DNA of 64,000 bases from Octopus sinensis. Its lineage: Eukaryota. The notes under the pieces were generated by a model that was given only the letters and a program-made list of their open reading frames with translations, was not told the DNA's origin and did not search any database. The stretch is from positions 37,386,001-37,450,000 of the forward strand of contig NC_043008.1 of assembly GCF_006345805.1 (NCBI RefSeq), read 5' to 3'. Position numbers and translations under genes: made by a program. This document shows, one piece after another, positions 13,397-24,948 of this stretch (within the stretch, counting starts at the first letter, position 1; every line of letters begins with the position of its first letter).

Positions 13397-13587
13397 CGGT
13401 TTATTTAATTTATATTAAAATTTTATGTATTGATTAAGTCTTTCCTTGTTTGGTTTTAAAATAGTGGTTTTGTCTCGAATTATATTATATATATACATAT
13501 ACATACACTCATAAATATATATATATATATATACATGCATGTACATACACACATCAAATACATATTTATTTTATATCTATATATATG

Positions 13588-13648
<61 letters not shown>

Positions 13649-13654
<6 letters not shown>

Positions 13655-13900
13655 TGTTGTGTCTGGGGAGAGTCATTCTCTTTTGATGCCTTATAATTTA
13701 ACACACTCATTGGTAAAATTTCCACTTAATTCTTATTTTTATTTTTCTAAAATTTTCGTTGCATCTTGCAAACTTTCCAATAGATTCAAAACTATTGAAA
13801 ATGTTGCAAGATGTAATGAAATAAGTGGAAATTTTACTGGTGTGTGTGTTAAATTATAAGGCACTAAAAAGAATGACTCTCCCCAGATACAACAGAATAT
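13649..13900. repeat. Imperfect ~250-bp palindrome next to (TA)n
   Basis: atattctgttgtgtctggggagagtcattct... pairs with ...agaatgactctccccagatacaacagaatat. Confidence 0.85.
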
Positions 13901-13975
13901 GTTTCAACACACAAACTCACATAAGGAATCTTGCAACCCAAATCCAAAAACGAAATATATATATATATATAAAAC

Positions 13976-14168
13976 AAAGTAAAGTTGTATGATACTGCAT
14001 GAGTAGAAATATATATGAAAGAAGGTTTGAAAATTGCATTTTCAAAAACCTTTTTTCATATATATATTTATATGAAAAAAGGCTTTTGAAAATGCAATTT
14101 GAAAACACAATTTTCAAACCTTCTTTCATATATATTTCTACTCATGCAGTATCATACAACTTTACTTT
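13976..14168. repeat. ~190-bp palindrome between TA tracts
   Basis: aaagtaaagttgtatgatactgcatgagtagaaat... pairs with ...atttctactcatgcagtatcatacaactttacttt. Confidence 0.85.
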
Positions 14169-14170
14169 AT

Positions 14171-14227
<57 letters not shown>

Positions 14228-14242
14228 CCTCATATATTCGTA

Positions 14243-14450
14243 TATGTTTGAGTGTCTGTGTTTGTTCCCCCACCATTGCTTGACAACTGAGAGTGGTGTT
14301 CTTATGTTCCTGTTACTTAGTGGTCTGGGAAAAGAGACCGATAGAATAAGTACTAGGGCTTACAAAGAATAAGTCGTGGGGTTGATTTGTTCGACTAAAG
14401 GTGGTGCTCCAGCATGGCTGCAGTCAAATGACTAAAACAAATAAAAGAAT
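14243..14450 (+). mobile_element. SINE family A 3' half
   Basis: ccaccattgcttgacaac...gcagtcaaatgactaaaacaa. Confidence 0.8.
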
Positions 14451-14984
14451 ATATATATCTTGACATATGTTTCAAATCACTGCTAGACGTTGACTATCTT
14501 GTAATAAGAATGCTTTTTTTTATATTCTCCAATTTAACCTCTCCATCAACAGGAGCATCTTTTGAATTTGACTGTGGCAATTAGAAATAGCTTACTTTAA
14601 ACATTTTTCATAAATTCTTCAAATTTTACTAAAAGAACTCCACAAAACAATTTAAGCTGGTTTAAAAATTGCTGTTTCCCTAAACTAGATTTAATCGAAA
14701 ATCCATCATTCTAATTAAGAGGAAAAATACTGGAAAATTTATTTATTTAAGAACTGCTTTGGGAGAGAGAATCTGATTTAGTGGCCACAGCTATCTGGTT
14801 GTCAAGTCCTCATTCATGCAGAAATATTTTGACATTCTGTAGCTATAGGGTTTATATAATTTGGTAGTTAGAATTGAGGCATGTATATGCATGCACACAC
14901 ACATACACACATGCACAAACACACACACATATGCACATGCATACATTTATGAGTGTCGCAATTCTATCAAATAACATTGATAAT

Positions 14985-15078
14985 AATAATATTTATATAC
15001 ATATACATATATATATATATACATATACACACACAGACACACACACATATATATATACATACATATGTATATATGTAT

Positions 15079-15109
<31 letters not shown>

Positions 15110-15204
15110 TATATGTATGTATGTATATATGTATATATATATATATATTATATATATATATATATACACATATATATATATATATTATATATATATATAT
15201 ATAT

Positions 15205-15239
<35 letters not shown>

Positions 15240-15335
15240 GTATGTATATGTATATATATACATGTATATGTATATACATACATATATATATATGTATATA
15301 CACACATACACACACAGATATATATATGTTTATAT
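14985..15335. repeat. (TA)n/(TATG)n compound microsatellite
   Basis: Direct. Confidence 0.95.
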
Positions 15336-15825
15336 ATGTGAGAAAATTGCAATACATTTAATCATGATTTCCATATGTGTATTAAATTCTATTTTCCGCT
15401 CCTTTCACTTTCACACTAACAATATAATGCTCATATCAATTTATTTCTCATTTTCTCCATCCTACTTATTTTAATGAAAAAATACTTTTTACTTTATTTT
15501 AATAGCAACTCATTGGTTAGGGATAAATACTTGTTTGTTACATTACACTTATTGGGTTTTAATGTAAATCTTAATTTAGAATTTGACAATTAGAGTGCAA
15601 TAAAATAAACACTATGATATAATTAGCTAAGCCTTAACGGTGTTGCTCCAGCTTGCCACAATCCAATGATTCAACTCAGTAAATGAGCGAGATACTAAAT
15701 GAGTACAAAAATAATTAGACCTTGTTTTTTAATTGTTGTTTAGATATCTACCTCTTGTACAGCAACTAATTAATGAAAGAGGAATACCACATACAATATT
15801 TGCTGCAGCATACTTATTTTATAAA

Positions 15826-16375
15826 TTCATAAATGAGGGTGAAAAATTAGATATTAATTTAATAATACCGTCAGTTTAACACCAAGTGGCCTAGCACATA
15901 GAAACCAGGGAGACAGTACGAATTTATACATAAATATAAGAGAGTTAACGTTAAGTGGCTAACTCTAGTGATAGATAAAGCTCCTTATTCTGGTATAGCC
16001 ACCGAAGATTGTTTCAACAGAAGAAATAACATTACCTTCAACGTAAGGGAAGTGAAATACAATGAAAAGATAGATTAATACTGAACAATTGTTTCTTTAT
16101 CAACATAATATGCAATTATACTCACATCTATCTTTTCGTTGTATTTCACTTCCCTTACGTTGAAGGTAATGTTATTTCTTCTGTGGAAACAATCTTCGGT
16201 GGCTATACCAGAATAAGGAGCTATTTCTAGCACTAGAGTTAGCCACTTAACGTTAACTCTCTTATATTTATGTATAAATTCGTACTGTCTCCCTGGTTTC
16301 TATGTGCTAGGTCACTTGGTGTTAAACTGACGGTATTATTAAATTAATATCTAATTTTTCACCCTCATTTATGAA
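15826..16375. mobile_element. 550-bp fold-back element, ~250-bp arms with ~50-bp spacer
   Basis: ttcataaatgagggtgaaaaattag...gaaaagatagat is a near-perfect reverse complement of atctatcttttc...ctaatttttcaccctcatttatgaa. Confidence 0.9.
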
Positions 16376-16378
16376 GTG

Positions 16379-16449
<71 letters not shown>

Positions 16450-16590
16450 GAACAGACTTCTTTCAGTTTCCATCTTCTAATTCTACTTTGGTTAGCCCAG
16501 AGCTATAGCAAATGGCATTTGCCTAAGGTGCTATGCAGTGGGATTGAACCTGAAACCATCTGGTTAGGAAGGAAATATCTCACCACACAG
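16450..16590 (-). mobile_element. SINE family A 5' half
   Basis: Reverse complement of head and core. Confidence 0.7.
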
Positions 16591-17119
16591 CCATATCCTT
16601 TCTCTGTTTCTTTATTTTTTAGATGCAACAGAACAATTATGATCATTCACTGTAATATATTAGTCATATACCAATGCTTTTCATCATAGTTCTCTTCAAC
16701 TAACAGAAGTTATTTTCCTAGGAATTTATCATATTTACAATACAATTACTAATTAATGCAGCATTCTCTATTATATTCTCTAGGAATTATTCAAATTTCT
16801 AATATTTTACATATTGTGTGAAGTTTCCTTAGAATTCCATATGGATTCTATCAAAATCCATTGTCATTTACTATATCAGGAAAAGTCGCTGTTGCATATA
16901 GACAAAAATAGTTTAATTCTATGTAACTAAATTTTATAAATTTCACAATACATATTCAATTATTGCTGTATGAATAATATCTATATGACTGTCGTGAACA
17001 AAAATAAAACTTCAGAATGCGGAAATATACTGAGAATTAATAGATTTGGTTTTACATATGAAATATAAAATATTTTAACCTTAGTTGAGAGTTTGTTAGC
17101 CAATTCCAAACATACACAT

Positions 17120-17530
17120 GCATGCAGATGCAAGTATGGCTGTGTGGGTAAGAAGCTTGCTTTGTAACCATGTAGTTTTGTGTTCAATTTGGCCAAGTAC
17201 CTTCTACTATAGCCCCAAGCAGACTAATGCCTTGTGAGTGCTTATAAGTTGAACTTTGAAAATTTAGACATTCATGTATTATTGGAGAAGAATATTACTA
17301 ATTGGATTCTTTTGATGGCATTCACCATTGAATTACAAAGTTTGAGTGGAACCATACCAATAAAATGTGGTAGCTGAAACTCTTTTAATATATTCCTCCA
17401 CTTCTCAGTCATGTGGTTTTCGGTTCAGTTCCACTGCACAGCATCTTGGGCATGTGTGTGGTACAATAATCCTGGATCAACAAAGATTTGGGAGTGGATT
17501 TGGTAGATGGAAAATGAAAGACCATCAAAG
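17120..17530 (+). mobile_element. Two SINE family A 5' fragments (~17120-17240, ~17405-17530)
   Basis: Head and gtggatttggtagatggaaa motifs. Confidence 0.6.
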
Positions 17531-17964
17531 ACATATGTGTGTGTGCGTGCAGATACGTGCATATGCGTGCATGTGTGTGCGTGTTTGTGAGAGCTAACAC
17601 CTTGCTTGTTTCCATGAAAATTTGTGATGCATGAACTGTATTGTTGATGTTGTTGTTGTCATCTATTCTCCTGACAACAAATCAATGACTTGCTTTGTGC
17701 CTTCAGCTTCAAAGTTGTGTTAACTAAGAGATTCCTTACAGAGAAAACAGGCAATGGCAAGTGACTTGAAAGGCATCCTGTTGTCAACCAATGTCCCAAT
17801 AGTATGTGCCTCTAACCCATGCAGACATGAAAAACAGATGTAGAACAAACTAACAACCAAAGCACTCGAACCAATGAGTGAGCTTTGGTGTAGTTACTGA
17901 ACCTGCTAAATTGATTAACAGAATTTATAGAACTATGAACTATAACTATGAACTTATGAAGGCG

Positions 17965-18190
17965 GTGAGCTTGCAAAAACATTAGCATGCCGGGCAAAAT
18001 GCTTAGCAGTATTTCATCTGTCTTTATATTCTGAGTTCAAATGCCACCACGGTCGACTTTGCCTTTCATCCTTTTGGAGTCGATTAAATAAGTACCAGTT
18101 ATCCACTAGGGTCGATATAATCAACTTAATCTGTTTGTCTGTCCTTGTTTGTCTCCTCTATGTTTAGCCCCTTGTGGGCAATAAAAAAAA
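17965..18190 (+). mobile_element. SINE family B, full length
   Basis: ggcggtgagcttgcaaaaacattagcatgccgggcaaaatgcttagc...gccccttgtgggcaataaaaaaa. Confidence 0.9.
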
Positions 18191-20084
18191 ATTATAGAAC
18201 TATGGTCTTTGCTTTGGGATACAATTGTAAACTTTTGTGGTGTATTTAATACAACCTATTAATACAGCAATGTAGTCTCACAGCCGTTTGACCTCAGTAT
18301 AAGTAAAACGGCTAAAGGACAAAGAATTTTCATTTTTATCATCACAAGGGAAGGCAATGTGCATGATCTTTTACAGAGCTACTCTCTATCTGTGAATTTA
18401 GTTGAAAGAAATTTGTATGTGTGTGTTCATGTCTCCTTAGTATCTTGTAATAGTTATAAGCAAACACCGCAGTGAAACAAGTGGTGACATTCATTTGCAG
18501 TTTTCCATAGAAACATGTCTTGCCTTTGTGCAATTTGTGTTTGAAAGACTTGGGGAATTATTGCTTTGCTGGGAAACAAGGGTTGACAGCATGTCACAAA
18601 GGACATCTGGATGTAGAAAATCTACAGCAAAAAAATTCATCTGACTCAAGCAACCATAGAAAGGCAGAAGATATAATGATGATGGCTACAAGAATGATGA
18701 TGGCTACAAGAATGATGATGATGATAATGATGATGGCGATAATGATGATGATGACAACAATGATGAGGATGATGGAAAGACAACTCAATTTAAATTTATC
18801 ATTTATTATTATTATTATTTTTTTTTTTTTAGATTAATGGAAGTAATATTTCCAATATGTGTTCGAAATAGAAATTCTGAGGGAAATTTCAAATTGGTTT
18901 CATCGATTACATCTAGCTAATAGTATCATTGAAAGATAAACATCTATCTTTTTTAGAAACATACACCAAATATTGCTTAAATGGTTTATCTGCTATAATA
19001 AATCATTCGTGTAAGCTACAGAAAAGTATTTTGCACACAGCCACAATAAAAACCAGGAATATTTGGCAATCTAATGATTCCTTTACAGAATGACACTTTA
19101 GTTTTTATTCATAATGTGACCTTACCAGTAATAGATAAGCTATGAGGTGTGAATATTGGTAAATAAGTCAACTAAAATAATTCTTTATTTCTGGAAGATA
19201 AATGATGTTTTGAACATTATAATTAGCCATTTGATTTTCTCTCATAGAAAGGTTATATTAAACGAAAACCACATTCGAGCAAATTTTGCTATATTTTCTC
19301 TTTTCATTCGTTAATATTTCATTGGATGGTGAATTCTGGATGAATTTATTCCAAGATTACTGGTATTAACTCTTTGGAATCCTGACACATTGGTATTTTC
19401 TAAAGTCTTTTAAAACAGCTTTAAAAGCATTTAAATGATCCATATTGAATAAATATGTGACAACTTATTTAAACATAAGTAAGAATAGTTACCTGAAAAT
19501 AAGCAATTTTAAAAGAATATTGAATTTCAATTTCGCTTAAGGTGCAACATTTCTCAATGAATATTTTGAAAAAGCTTATTTACATAGAAATCAGAAATAT
19601 AGTGTTGTGATGAAAGTTTTGCCTATTCAAAATGTGGGCATGAAGGTAAAAACAATACCAATAATAATTGGAGCATTGGGCATAAGAAAAAAAAAACGTA
19701 GAAGCTATACCTAGATCCTCAACTCTACACACTGTCCAAAAAATAGCCCTTCTAGGAACATCCCACATCCTATGCAAGATGCTATCTATCCAATAATACA
19801 ACCTAAGCAAAACAACCCACAAATACAAGACACACTCTCTACAGTATTTGCTCAATGAAATATACTTCCACCAGCATGTCGTAAAACCAGAGCATTACAC
19901 ACTCAACACACAGAACAAGCAGTAACACAGCAAAAGACTGCACCACACCTCAAGAGAAAAAGAAATAACACAATACAGTACTAGGAAGAGTTTTCACACT
20001 ACCAATAGCAGAAAAGAACACACAATGGTGTAGCAGGTGATGCAGTAGAAATTTGCCTCAATCTACCAAATACTGAAAAGTTAT

Positions 20085-20129
20085 GTAATAATAATAATAA
20101 TAATAATGATAATAATAATAATAATAGTA

Positions 20130-20165
<36 letters not shown>

Positions 20166-20168
20166 GTA

Positions 20169-20225
<57 letters not shown>

Positions 20226-20315
20226 GTGAAGTGAAAGCACGCTATAAAAATAAAACTACTGAATAATAATAATAATAGTAATAGTAATAATAATATAATA
20301 ATAATAATAATAGTA

Positions 20316-20366
<51 letters not shown>

Positions 20367-20467
20367 TAATAATAATAATAGTGAGTGAAAGCACGCTATA
20401 AAAATAAAACTACTGAATAATAATAATAGTATAGTAATAATAATATAATAATAATAATATAATAGTA

Positions 20468-20498
<31 letters not shown>
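20085..20498. repeat. (AAT)n/(AGT)n microsatellite with an embedded duplicated ~35-bp motif
   Basis: Direct. Confidence 0.9.
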
Positions 20499-20499
<1 letters not shown>

Positions 20500-20763
20500 C
20501 CAAAAATGGCAGAAATTCAAAAGATAGTGCTCATGGGAACTGCTCATATGCTACGCAAAATACTTTCTATGTAATCTCAAGTTTTAAAACAAACATAATT
20601 TCCGTATGATTTTTTAGTCATTCACTAGTACAACACTAAGTACAAAACCAAATATATGGCACCCTAGGCATAACACCAACACGAACTTCTAACTTGTTGT
20701 CTCTTGAGGTCTCTGGGTGAGACTTGGAGCCAGCTTGTGCAAATGTAAAGCAAAAGTCAAACA
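20497..20763 (+). mobile_element. 3' end of an R4/Dong-like (RLE) LINE in (AAT)n
   Basis: PKMAEIQKIVLMGTAHMLRKILSM*, typical RLE C-terminus; 3' UTR homologous to 57128-57222. Confidence 0.75.
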
Positions 20764-20800
20764 TAATAATAATAATAATAATAATAATATAATAATAATA

Positions 20801-20834
<34 letters not shown>

Positions 20835-20835
<1 letters not shown>

Positions 20836-21017
20836 CCTGGTAGAGCTCCTACTGAAATTTTGTGTCTTAAGGACAGCAAGGATTAACAGGAGGGCCCTAA
20901 ATACTTGAAAGACTGTGGAAAACTTGTAGATACCTAAGTTTACGGGTAGTAAATCGCTATCCACATAAATCCTATTAAGAATAAGATTGAACCTGAGTCA
21001 AAATAGATAATAATAAT
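20835..21017 (+). mobile_element. 3' end of a second RLE-type LINE family in (AAT)n
   Basis: LLKFCVLRTARINRRALNT*, then UTR and (AAT)n. Confidence 0.55.
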
Positions 21018-21870
21018 GTAGGAATTAATCAGTCATGGTAAAAGCAGATGATTAGCATCTAGCATAAACAAGGCTTGTATAGAAAACACAAATGAAAAGA
21101 TAATTGATCGCTAAAGATTCTTAATTAATGGATCAAACACACTCTGTTCCATTTTAAAATTAGAAAGGAAATTCTGATGACATGTGATTGATGTTGCTTA
21201 TTATGCAATAATTAAATCTGTGAATGAAAGGAATCACAGAAGTAGTCAAGCACTACAAATGTTTCGAAAGGGTAACAAAGGTATATTATGTGACATTAAA
21301 AGAACACTTTATAACTACCTGGTGTCTCTTCCCTTAGGGTGCATATGGCTTTTCTGTTGGAAATTATTTGTTGTAATTAACTAATTATCTAAAAAAAATA
21401 ATAATAAAAAGAGGAATGGAAAGTGGAATTGGTAAAGTAGCCAATCACACAATCTTCTCACAGATTGTCTTTACTAAATAATAAACATCCTCTTCTTGTG
21501 CTCTGGTTTCCATGCCAAAATAATACAGATTATTATATATACTTAGATATAATACATAAACAATGTATAATATATATAAATGTAATAAGGTCTCACATAT
21601 GTAATATAGTGAGTTGAAAATTTTTAATTAACTATGATCATCCATGCAATTAACAGACAGACCCTCCCTCTGGGAGAGTTTAAAATCTAAAGTCAACAAG
21701 CAAGATAACTCTAATAAGGTCAGATAATTGAAATTTTTGGAAAACATAATAAATGCTGATGAAAATGCTTCTAGTCCTTTTAGTCAACCAGTAAAGTCAA
21801 CAGACTTACGTTGGATTTAATAGAACATTTTATCAAAGCATATTCAGTTCATGTGGTAAAACTGCAAGGG

Positions 21871-21980
<110 letters not shown>

Positions 21981-23888
21981 GCATGTGTTTGTATGTATGT
22001 ATGTATATCATAAAGCAGACATATTGTTGAAAGCCTGCTAAAATGTAGCATTCATGTTGAGAAAATATTCCTTGTACATATATAGTGTTAAAAACACAGA
22101 AATATACCATCAGTAGGCAAAAAACATCTTGCAACATCTGTTGCAAGTATCCACTGGCATCACATGCTAAGCAAAAGTTGGCTGTTAACTGATAGAACAA
22201 AACACTGAGTGAAAAGTCTCTGATGTCACATATTGCTGGTAGGCTGAATAAAAGTTTGTTGTTGGTGATGGAAACAGTGTTAGTTCAAAATAGTAATCTG
22301 TATATCATACTTAAAGCAGCCAAATTTTTGAAAGTCTGCTACAATGTGCTATTTATCTCAGGAAAGCATCCATTTTAGCCATATAGTGCTAAAAGACTCA
22401 GAAATATATAAGCAGCAGATAAACAACTATAGCTTTTTTTTAACACTATATGTCTAAAAGAGATGCTTTCTTTAGATGAACATTACAGTTTTGCAGGTTT
22501 TCAACAATAGAGTTGTTTTAAGTATCAGGACTAGGCTTTAATGGGATTTGATCACAGAAAACAAGCACTTGGAACAAATACCAGAAGGTATCTGGTTTGA
22601 CACCCTTCACACATTTTTACTGATGCTAAAAGGATGAAAGGCAGACCTTGGTAGGACTGAACTTGATACAAGCACAGTTAGATTCACACACACATGCACA
22701 CAAACACACACACATGTACACACACATACATGTATACAAACACATGTACTTATGGTTATGCTTAAATCTGCAGGTATAGAGATTCACATAACAACATCAC
22801 AGTATTTTAGAGGAATATAATGTTATGTTTTCTTTAAGACATTTTCGTTGTTCTATGTTTCCTGATAGGAATAGACTTGTTGCTATAGCAATGCTATACT
22901 TTGTAATTAATGCATTTGCTAATCAATCTTGTCAAAGTAGACATTAATTAGTAAGCATTAATTAATGAGTAAGTTATAGTTATAGAGCATATATATTTTT
23001 GGTATACAATAGATTTTTAAAATTCAAAGCAGATTGAATAAAGATTTGATTCATTATCATTTTCATCATTCTTCTTGTTTGATCTCTTCACATGCATTAA
23101 CTGATAACTGATTCTATAAGAATTTGCTATAACTTCGGTTCTATTACATGAAGAACGGTGCCTAGATTAGATCTAAATTTTATTCTTCAATTAGAATAAT
23201 TGAAATGACTATGTTTTTATCAAATTATATTAACCATAATTTCAGAAACATAAATATAGAATTATATCACTTTCTCAAAATCTCATATAATTTAATGTTT
23301 CCATTTTTGTGTTTGGTTTGCGAGATTCTTGATGTAAGATGATGTGTTGAAATGGATCTTGTTGTATCTTGTGAGAGTCGTTATACCAATAATGTACTCT
23401 CACATTAGTTCAATTTCTCTTCTTTTGTTATTATTAGTCAACTAATTAACCAATTAACTTATTGATTGTTTACTTAATCATTCAGTATGCATATATATAT
23501 TTATATATATATATAAAAGCAAATTTCCAAAAATGTTTAAGAGGGATATATAACCCTAGTAGGTATCATGTTTGCTCTTAATAGTTAATAATGCTGGCTA
23601 CCTTCATTGAATGTGGATGAACTACAGTTAGTTGAATTTACTATACTCGGTAAATTGTTACTTTGGTAAATCCAAATATCTTTATAAAGACTGCATATTT
23701 TTGGTAGAGAAGAAATAATAAATCAATAAATATCACAACAGAGATTTACATATCCAGGTTTTTATAGACAGTTAGTCACATCATTCTTTTTCATGTGTTT
23801 CTGCTGCAAGCCACTGCACACTGCAAACATCTTGGTGTTAATTACTGGTGCTCCTTCATCAGGGTAAAATTTAACCGTTGGACTAATA

Positions 23889-24580
23889 CAGTGATCACTC
23901 GCTACTTTGCGGTTCAACTATCGCGGATTCATGACTTCGCTGATTTTTCAAATATATATATATGAACACCTAAAATTTTTCATTAAATCCATTAAAATAT
24001 TAATAATAAATGTTATTTCCTAGTCTAGGAACAACATAACAAGCATAAAATAGCAAAACAGCATATACAGAGGTATCTGAACTTAAGACGGGCTGTGATT
24101 GGTGCAATGGAGAGACACAAGGAATCACAGCTTTCTATTGTGTAATCTGGCCTGTGATTAGTGTTTTGACTGATGCTCAGATCCGCAGCATCTTCACTTG
24201 TCTCTCTCTCATGGCCATTTCGCTTCAAGCTTTCTCGCCGAGTGGTTTACTGTACTACTTTACGCTGTGCTGTGTGTGAGTTGTTTTGTTTCTTTGCATT
24301 AAACTTTGCATTTTCATCCCCTGCAATGGCTCCCAAGCATCTTTGATGTTGAGTACAGTAACAATCTTTATTTTTTTAAATCTAATGTGTTATTGCTTAA
24401 CAGTTGTCCTTGTTATTAATAGACTACTGTAACGGGTCGATTGTTAACAGTACAGGGAGGGTTTTAAAAGCCCAAACACCCATTAAATAAATATTGTAAA
24501 TATCGTGTCCCTACTTCAAAGAAATCCAGTTATCACAGCCAGTCTCAGAACCAATCTACCGTGTAAATGAGGGACCACTG
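23889..24580. mobile_element. Non-autonomous pogo/Tigger-like DNA transposon with TA TSD
   Basis: ta|cagtgatcactcgctactttgcgg ... ccgtgtaaatgagggaccactg|ta. Confidence 0.8.
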
Positions 24581-24619
24581 TACTCTGTTCAGATGGTATC
24601 TGAAATACTGTTAAATTTT

Positions 24620-24717
24620 TACCCTGATGAAGTAACACTGGTAATTAACGCCAAGATGCACACCAAGATACACAAATTGCAGTGTGCACCAGCTTATAGC
24701 AGAAACAAGTTTAGGTA
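24620..24717 (+). ncRNA. Decayed hammerhead motif; inverted partner at 23793-23875
   Basis: tacc-CTGATGA-...-gcaGAAAC-aagt-tTA-ggta; stem I tacc/ggta. Confidence 0.45.
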
Positions 24718-24832
24718 CTAACAAAGAAAGTTGTGACTAACTGTATGACAGAACCTGGTTATGTAAGTCTCTGTTCTTCTGATATTTATTAATATGTGTG
24801 TGTATGTTTATATATTGGCCTGCTCGCTTAGC

Positions 24833-24937
24833 CAGCGGGGTGGTGTCATCTGAAGGCTAAAACAATGCGAAGCACATTGTGACCAGCGACATGTAGCAAC
24901 ATCTGATAGCCTGGTCAGTCACGGTGATCAGGGTGAT
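24833..24937 (+). mobile_element. Short GC-richer interspersed repeat (SINE-tail-like)
   Basis: Complex GC-richer block in AT-rich context; recognised as a recurrent repeat from memory only. Confidence 0.35.
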
Positions 24938-24948
24938 GTTTATATATA

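Larger units (their letters stand above)
13208..13491. mobile_element. Near-perfect 284-bp palindrome (arms ~139 bp, 5-nt loop), PLE-like terminal remnant
   Basis: Arms 13208-13346 and 13352-13491 differ by one indel by eye; flanked by TA repeats; arm related to 37878-38215. Confidence 0.9.

Noticed and set aside
15960-16250. Hammerhead in the 550-bp palindrome (CTGTGGA at ~16179)
   Set aside because: No following stem II-GAAA or stem I partner
18510-18790. Cys-rich ORF (CNLC...CHKGH) running into ATG repeats
   Set aside because: No recognisable domain or donor; length inflated by a microsatellite
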